A DNA stretch of 64,000 bases from Adineta steineri (Eukaryota). The notes under the pieces were generated by a model that had not been told where the DNA came from, searched no databases, and saw only the letters and a program-made list of their open reading frames with translations. The stretch spans positions 59,707-123,706 of the forward strand of contig CAJNOI010000163.1 of the NCBI GenBank assembly GCA_905250115.1, written 5' to 3'. Positions 57,445-64,000 of the stretch are shown here, piece after piece (positions within the stretch are counted from its first letter, which is position 1; each line of letters starts with the position of its first letter). The position numbers and the translations under genes are program-made.

Positions 57445-60400
57445 TCAATGATTACCTTGTTGTTGTTCTTGTTGTTCTTGTTTTCTTTTACGTATCATTG
57501 CCCATAATTTGAAGAGAAATTTGATAAAATAAGGAGTGATAAGATGTAGAGAAGCAGCAAGACCACCGATCGTGGACAACAATGTCATAAATATTCCTAC
57601 AATAGTCTTCGTACGAATTTTCTGATGATAAGTACAATACTTTGGTGCACATGATTCGTAAAACTGTTCATACGACGGAGTTGAATTCCATTGTTCCACC
57701 ATCATTTCTTTGATAATAGATGATATTAAAGTAGTTGGAGGAAAACGACTCCGTTCTGAGTCATAAACAAGAGGACGCAAATCAAACATGGGTCCATTTA
57801 GTTTAAGCGTCCAGTCAGAATTTGATGAGTAAGTCAGTAGATTTACAAAACAATCTGAACCTGAATTTGATTCTGAATATAAACATTGCAGAGTTGATCC
57901 TAGAAGAGAATCACTAGCAAGACAGCCTCTAATAAAACCTGGTATTTTATGAATAATATTATCGTTGTAAACGACAGCCGCAGTTTGACAATCCGGATTA
58001 GTGGCACAAACACAGTTGATCGATGTCGAATTGATTTGAATTCCAGGCAAAATAAATGATACCTAGAAAAATAAAGAGAAATCTATGTTCTACTATCAAT
58101 TAATATTAAGTGATTAATACTCCTCTATCTTAGTAATGGAAAGTTTTCCAAGAAAAAAAACTAGTTAGCACATCTTTCATATGAAAAAGACTTGTGAAAA
58201 GTATAGTAGTGATTATATACGATGAATTATTAGTTGATATTCTAATATTATATTATTCCACTCTTTTAGATATAGATAAATGTGTTCTCGAAAAACGGCT
58301 TCATAGACATTGTTTTTACTCTACTCGTTTGTCTCGGTAAGTTAAATATTGAGAGTCAGATCGGATGAACTTATCATTCGACAGCTCATAGGCTAACTTT
58401 TCCTATAGGTTGACTCAATCAATCCATTCAATATTCTGATACCATCACACACTTAAATCGATTCCTATCTCTTATTTGAAGTGATTATGTTGAAAAGAAA
58501 TTAGAGTATATAAGAAAAACATGTAGCAACATATATCATAGAATATTTATATAAATAAATGCGAAAACTTCGGATTTTATCCGAGAGTTATGTGTACAGC
58601 AAAAAGTATATATGGAAATCATAGGAAAATATCAGTATTTTTGCAGTAACTCGAGAATGACTCGTCCAGTTAGGCTCAACTTTAAACTCGACCAAGATTT
58701 TGATGAGACTGAATTGTGTAGAAAATTTCATCAAAATCTGCCTCTCCTTTCTCAAGTTATCGTGTATACGGACGGACGGACACACTGACCGATTCTAGAA
58801 TGTATTCACTTTTTGAGTACACACAAATGAAAATATCTATAGTAATAATGATCATATGACATAATTTTGTTAAGATTATAAAAAAACGTTTATGAATATA
58901 AATACGTTATTTTCATAATCGAATTCAAATGAATAAATGAATATTATCGTAGATTCAATTTGAAGGGACAGGTGGTGGTCATTTAAAATATATAGGATAC
59001 AAATCTGATATGAATAAACTAGGATTTTGTATTTACTATAATGGTATTCATTATGATGCTCTTTTACCTTTTCGAAATAATTCTCAACAATTTGTACCAC
59101 ACTTTGATATAATTAACATGAGTTTATAAAAAGTAACACGATTTAGCTAAAGCAAAGAAGTTTTTATTTATGCGAATGAATAAATCCTCCGGAACTAACT
59201 CCTCGCCGCGTCCTACGGGATAAAAAGAGGGCATCCGCAGGGCCTATGGAGCAGTTCCTTAGTGCGCTCAAGGATGAATTTTTTTAAGCAGATTGATCAA
59301 AATCAATCTATCGTGAACTTCATTTTTCGAGTACATAAAAATAACGTTCACTCTATGGAGAACAAACAAATATCACACAGACACACTATTAAGATATATG
59401 ACTTTTTCACGGTTTTTCGCAAGTGTGGTACTGAAGACATATCGAACGCAGCATATCCACCCCCTATTATTTTACATCATTTTACAGCTCTTGATGAATT
59501 CTATCTACTCTAAAAAAATATTATTGATAATACGAAAAACAAACAAATATCGCACTGACACATTGTCAACATATGTGAGTTTTCTATAATTTACCTACCC
59601 TATCGTACAAAGGAAATCTTGTGTGCAACCTATTTACCCCTATAATTTAGTACCATATTGTAGCTCGTGAAATTCTCTATCGAATGGTATATAATAAGTG
59701 GAATTTTATTTGACTCTGGTAGAAAAATTGCTGACGAAAACGGCATTATAGTATTATTCCCCCCAAAAAAATATAGAAAAATATCAGTATTTTTGCAATA
59801 ACCCAGGAATGGCTCGGCCAATTCTGCTCATCTTCGAACTCGACCGAGATCTTAATGAGACAGTTCTGTGCACAAAATTTCAGCTCAATCGGATGAGCCT
59901 CTCAAACGTTATCGTGTATACGGCCGGACGGACGGACGGCCGGCCACACTGACCGATTCTAGAAGTGTACTCACTTTTTGAGTACACAAAAAGTGCCATA
60001 TGAATATTGTCTTATATGTTCTCTACATAGAATAATGTTTGAATGAATTTATTGTATACGATAATTCATCTGTTAGTTATCAATTGCTCTAGTACGTTTT
60101 AACTGCACACAGTTTTGCTTACTTCTGTTGTTTATGTTTGACGTTTCCAACCTAACTGTTAGTGTCAACAAAAAATAATAGATTTCTAACAAAGAGAGAA
60201 AACTTTTATAACTATATTGCTGAGTTTCTCGTCGAAGTCGATTGGAATTCGATAACATATTACGATTCGTCAAAAGAAATAAAAGATTTTATTATTCTGA
60301 ATATTAACATACCGGTACTAAATGTTGATTGCTCTTTTCATCTCCAATATCGTTCATAATTAGATTAGTACTCGTGACAAAATTATGAAGCATAGCTGGT

Positions 60401-60984
60401 ATCATATAAGGCTGATCGATCTGTATAACAAAGCGCACAAGATCGTTTTGGAGATTAAAGTAAAAAATCGTCGATTCATAAAATTGCTTAAGAGTTTCAT
60501 TTAGTTGCGTATTGAAATCGCTTTCATTGAGTACAGTTGAAGCGATGAAGAATTGCGTCAAAAAACGGTCGACAGAGTCATGAATCGTTTTATTAGCTAG
60601 ATAACAAAGATCGGACAACAATCGAAACTGTGGCAAAGCTTGCTTACGCCAATCATCATACCGGTTGAAACTCGCGCTTTGTTTCCATATTGAAGACCAA
60701 TCATCAGTAATAAAAATACTTGAACATACTTGATGTAAGGTTGGAGATAATAAAACGAATGAACGATACGAGATTGCTTGGGTTGAACAAGGACAAGTGA
60801 GTGTAGTATAATGCAAAATTTGTAAGTCTTTATAAGTATTGAATGATGGATTTGGAATAAGCTTTGTAACTGTTTGAGTACTCAATGCAGTGAAGAGAAG
60901 AAGAATAATAACAGAGACTAATGAGAAAAACAGAAAAATGAACATGTTATTATAAGTATGTCTTCGATTAAAGGATCTTGACAA
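57445..60984 (-). CDS. Member 2 of the CPCS two-TM family. The N-terminal exon 60984 to about 60316 and the C-terminal exon about 58066 to 57445 are separated by a roughly 2.2-kb intron filled with interspersed repeats. It may be a pseudogene if the splice is lost.
   Basis: N-exon MFIFLFFSLVSVIILLLFTALSTQTVTKLIPNPSFNTYKDLQILHYTTLTCPCSTQAISYRSFVLLSPTLHQVCSS… ends VPVC|gtatgtt. C-exon (acceptor tttttctag) …PGIQINSTSINCVCATNPDC…LGSTLQCLYSE…YESCAPKYCTYHQK…IVGIFMTLLSTIGGLAASL, then KRKQEQQEQQQ. Homologous to members 1 and 3 throughout. Confidence 0.45.
58588..58830. repeat. Copy A of a roughly 230-bp interspersed (SINE/MITE-like) repeat ending in a (ACGG)n microsatellite plus the palindrome gtgtactcactttttgagtacac.
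   Basis: Matches 59755-59992 at about 75-80% identity in the same orientation. Shared blocks: aaatatcagtatttttgca, aactcgacc, gttatcgtgtatacggacggacgg, cactgaccgattctagaa. ORFs 58588..58785 and 59630..59821 overlap the repeat and are probably spurious. Confidence 0.6.
59755..59992. repeat. Copy B of the same roughly 230-bp interspersed repeat.
   Basis: See copy A. Ends …cgtgtatacggccggacggacggacggccggccacactgaccgattctagaagtgtactcactttttgagtacac. Confidence 0.6.
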
Positions 60985-61531
60985 AAATTGAACAATAGAA
61001 ATTTATCATTTATTAATGATAAAAGACATTCAATGAGGAATTTGAGAAGTTCATTAACATAGATTTCAATATCTTCTAGAAGAATCAGTAGTATTACACA
61101 TGAAAAATGTATTTAATTCTCGTAATTTCATTGAGAAAATCAAGTATTAAATAAATCAATATTTGCAGTTCAAATGTTCAACTATTGTCAAGAGAAATAG
61201 CCTGTATATGTTTTTTAATATCCAGATATCTGAGAACCAACATTCACTTACTAATTATTTTGGCATCTGAATATAACTTTCTACTGTAGTATATATGTAC
61301 TCAACAAAAAACAAAGTTATGTACAGTAAAATATAACTATACCAGTTAGTAAAATCAAATAGACATATGTGGTAATCTTTTGTTGTTTAATACTGTTTTC
61401 TGTTCGATCATTGGCCTTCTTAAATAAGTTTAATCGTTTCATCCATTGAGTAAATCTGCTCAAACGCATGTTTTGATGCACTATGAATTAAATATAAATT
61501 TTATTTACTATGAAATATTTTTTTATTTATT

Positions 61532-63009
61532 TTAAAACATACCGAAATTGACATTTATGTTTCTTACACGATATCTCACTTTCAATGAGATATTCATTAT
61601 AAACGATGCCATTAAACGAAGTATCATCACGAGACCACCATAGAGACTAATGAAAAGCGTAATGGCATAAATAAATTCAGCTTGATGTGTTTTTGTGTAT
61701 GTGCAGAATGAAGGATTACAATGATCAAAATACTTTGAATAATTTGGTTTTGGTAACCATTCGTCAATCAAGAGATCATTCAAATAATCATTAAAAGAAA
61801 GATTTTGTTGCTTCGAAATTAGAGTAGAGTTTGTCCAATTGATGTGCAACTAAATAAAACGAATATATATGAAAGTTAAGATAGTCTCATACATACATCG
61901 TTCAAAGATGGAAAATAATCGGACAATAATTCCAAACATTCGATTTCATATAAACAATCAAGTGTACTTTGAAGAAGAGCTTCAAGAGGAATACATGCTC
62001 CGAAGAATCCACTAACAATTGTAGAATTTGGTAGATTCTTAAAGTGAAATCTTCCAAAGACACTGTTAGATTCATCTATTACTGGATTAAGAGTAGCCGC
62101 AATAAACAGATTATGTGTGCCACAGGTTAATATGTCTCCAGATGCATGAGTGTACTCCGTTGATAATAGACTAAACATCGTACCCGCGATTAAATGGTGT
62201 ACTAATGTAACTAATAAATTCGTATTAAGAGCTGAAATTAAATAGTTTGCTCGAATAGTTGATCGAAAATAGTCCAAGAACGTAATCATTCGAGCAGATG
62301 CACCTTTCTTGTAAGATTCAATGATAGTATTCACTTCGTGCTCAACTTGTTTGTCAGGAAGAAGATAAATAGTAACAAATTCATTACTACCAACATCATT
62401 TTTAGTATGATTAACTATGTCTTGAGCCAATGAACAAAAACTGGACAAAATTTCAAACTAAATTAAAACAAAATTAATCTTAAAAGTGGATGTAGGAAGG
62501 AAAGGTAAGAATGAGATGAGCGTGTGCCTGAATTCATCTTTTCTGGACACAGTATTCAGCTTTTTAAGATGCAATATTTCCTATTTTTGAATGAGGTAAA
62601 TTCTTTTATTTGTCCTCATATAAATTAATTCTGAAACTAGAATATTAAATCTCTTATGAGAAACTGTACGACAATTAGCTCAATAATTTTTTTTGAGTAG
62701 CTAATTTCAACCTACCTGAGAACTAGCTGTTGTTCGAAAATCCGACACTCCATATCGACTTGCATTTGATAAATATAATGCATGAATCCATTCTTGACTA
62801 ACGAAACGACTTGAACAAACAGGATGAAGTTTGATTGTATTAGAAACAAAATTTTTATAAGTTATGCTGGTTGTTGAACATGGGCATGAAAGAGTTTTGT
62901 TATATTTAGAGTAAAGTTCCTTGAATTTGACAGGTGTAATATTAGACTCAGTAACTGTTGAAGATTCTGTTTGCATCATAGCAGCGTAGAAAATCATATA
63001 TAAAGACAC
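61532..63009 (-). CDS. Member 3 of the CPCS two-TM family, three exons (63009 to about 62710, about 62459 to 61893, about 61849 to 61532).
   Basis: Exon 1 …KTLSCPCSTTSITYKNFVSNTIKLHPVCSSRFVSQEWIHALYL…SSQ|gtaggt. Exon 2 FEILSSFCSLAQDIV…LTCGTHNLFIAATLNP…FGACIPLEALLQSTLDCLYEIECLELL…ND|gtatgt. Exon 3 LHINWTNSTL…YFDHCNPSFCTYTKTHQAEFIYAITLFISLYGGLVMIL (C-terminal TM). Confidence 0.5.
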
Positions 63010-63605
63010 TGAAATAAATAAGAAAAACTATGCAACTACTTACGTTTGATATGGTTACAAATATTCAGGAAAAGATTAATCACATAAAAATGATATTTAA
63101 CGTTTCCTACGACTAAATAGTATTATTTTAGATATATTTGATTCTCAATTTGTTCGTATGATCAACGAAAGTTGTCGACCTTAAGAATCAATAGTGAGAC
63201 AAAAGAAGATTATGTTTTGTATACAAAGTTTCCCAATTACTCTTGATTAAAATAAAATACTAGATCAACTCTTTCCAAGCGTTTACAAGTCGACTATGCA
63301 TTTTATTTAAGGCTAAGAAAAATAATAAATTTCAACTAACATCTAGTTCACTTATATTTGTTAATGTACTCTAGACACTCTTGATAGTCATACTGACTAT
63401 TCTGCTTTAGCTTTCGACTTTAATTATTTCTGATATAAAGCTCGAGCTTTTTTAGTAAAAGGTGTTATCTTCGGGATATATACTATCATTTCCATAGAAG
63501 AACTTCCAGAATAATATTTAGGAAGATGTGAATCTATGTGTGTGCGTTTATAGATCAGATTATTATACTCATCTCCTACCAACCACCACTCTATTTTCAA
63601 CAATA

Positions 63606-63971
63606 TTAGAGTAAATATCCGATTTCTACTTTTCTAATAGTTTTTCTCATAAATTTGTCTAAAATTGGTAACCATGGAAAATAAACTACATTAATATGCT
63701 TCAAACAATTCGAATAAGTTTGTAGAAGAAGAAGAAGTAGAAAATCAGTCACCGATTCAAACATAAATATGCGTTTAAAAATCGAAAAACGTGTATGTGA
63801 CTTACCCACGAGTAGAAGAACGTATAGCCAAGTTTTATATTTTTGGTGTTTAAGAACAATTGCTGGATCTTGCAGTTCATCATCGTCATCATAATCATCT
63901 TCTTCGAGCATAAAGAGATTATAACCGAATACTTTTCGAATAAAGCAATGAAACAAGGTCTTGAGATTCAT
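63606..63971 (-). CDS. Hypothetical ORF (121 aa) with an acidic stretch (EEDDYDDDDE). Unsupported by homology.
   Basis: ORF only. No recognisable motif. It lies next to the CPCS cluster. Confidence 0.2.
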   Translation of the reverse strand: MNLKTLFHCFIRKVFGYNLFMLEEDDYDDDDELQDPAIVLKHQKYKTWLYVLLLVGKSHTRFSIFKRIFMFESVTDFLLLLLLQTYSNCLKHINVVYFPWLPILDKFMRKTIRKVEIGYLL

Positions 63972-64000
63972 CGTTCAAAGAATCAACCTTTTGAAGAGTG

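Noticed and set aside
58588-59821. ORFs 58588..58785, 58876..59100, 59262..59589, 59630..59821
   Set aside because: They lie in the TE-filled intron and overlap the interspersed repeat copies. There are no domain signals and the composition is repeat-like.
1-64000. Interpretation as a prokaryotic or phage defence island
   Set aside because: This is a eukaryotic nuclear locus: pervasive 50-70 bp GT…AG introns with phase continuity (Argonaute, neprilysin, TRPM, PARP4, calmodulin with ATG|gtaagt first exon), about 30% GC, and a eukaryotic gene repertoire. The prokaryote-type genes are embedded singly and are better explained as horizontally transferred genes.

Overview
This window is AT-rich (about 30% GC) eukaryotic nuclear DNA, not a prokaryotic locus. 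Genes are multi-exon with very short GT-AG introns of about 50-70 bp, interspersed with intronless, GC-richer genes of bacterial or fungal type such as a GH10 xylanase. Small hairpin elements carry degenerate TGTGGG/CCCACA telomere-like motifs, so the overall picture most resembles a bdelloid rotifer (Adineta/Rotaria-like) genome. The ORF track appears to use alternative start codons (for example 7134 is TTG and 11625 is GTG), so several listed M starts are not real ATGs.

About 25 genes can be supported, listed in window order:
- A 3' gene fragment at 1-605.
- An intronless protein with ADP-ribosyltransferase (ART) motifs fused to ribonuclease-inhibitor-type (RNI-type) leucine-rich repeats (LRR), 1721-3082 on the + strand.
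- An intronless ADP-ribosylglycohydrolase (ARH), 3364-4716 on the - strand, converging on the ART-LRR gene with a 281 bp gap.
- An intronless pirin.
- A multi-exon Argonaute.
- An intronless GDSL/SGNH lipase.
- A flavin monooxygenase.
- An M13 neprilysin-like metallopeptidase.
- A long TRPM-type cation channel gene with MITE insertions in its introns.
- A BNR-repeat sialidase.
- A SPRY protein.
- An F-box/RNI-LRR gene built as a 142-bp tandem exon+intron array, including a 100% identical 426-bp tandem duplication.
- An intronless 7TM receptor.
- A type-II thioesterase.
- A ubiquitin-like small gene.
- A vault-PARP (PARP4-like) gene with BRCT, PARP, VIT and vWA domains and an intact H-Y-E triad.
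- A calmodulin-like gene with a disrupted 4th EF hand.
- A gene carrying only the Hsp70 substrate-binding domain.
- An intronless GH10 xylanase with a ricin-B (CBM13) C-terminus, a classic horizontal-transfer-type gene.
- An FG-GAP/VCBS repeat protein.
- A tandem cluster of at least three paralogs of an uncharacterised two-TM 'CPCS-motif' membrane protein family.

Non-genic signals include several foldback/MITE elements, a SINE-like repeat pair, about 10 dispersed telomere-motif micro-hairpins, and an exact 29-nt Illumina P5 adapter embedded at 32774-32802, which is a likely assembly artefact.

The most interesting candidate system is the convergent intronless ART-LRR / ARH pair, an ADP-ribosylation writer and eraser next to each other.
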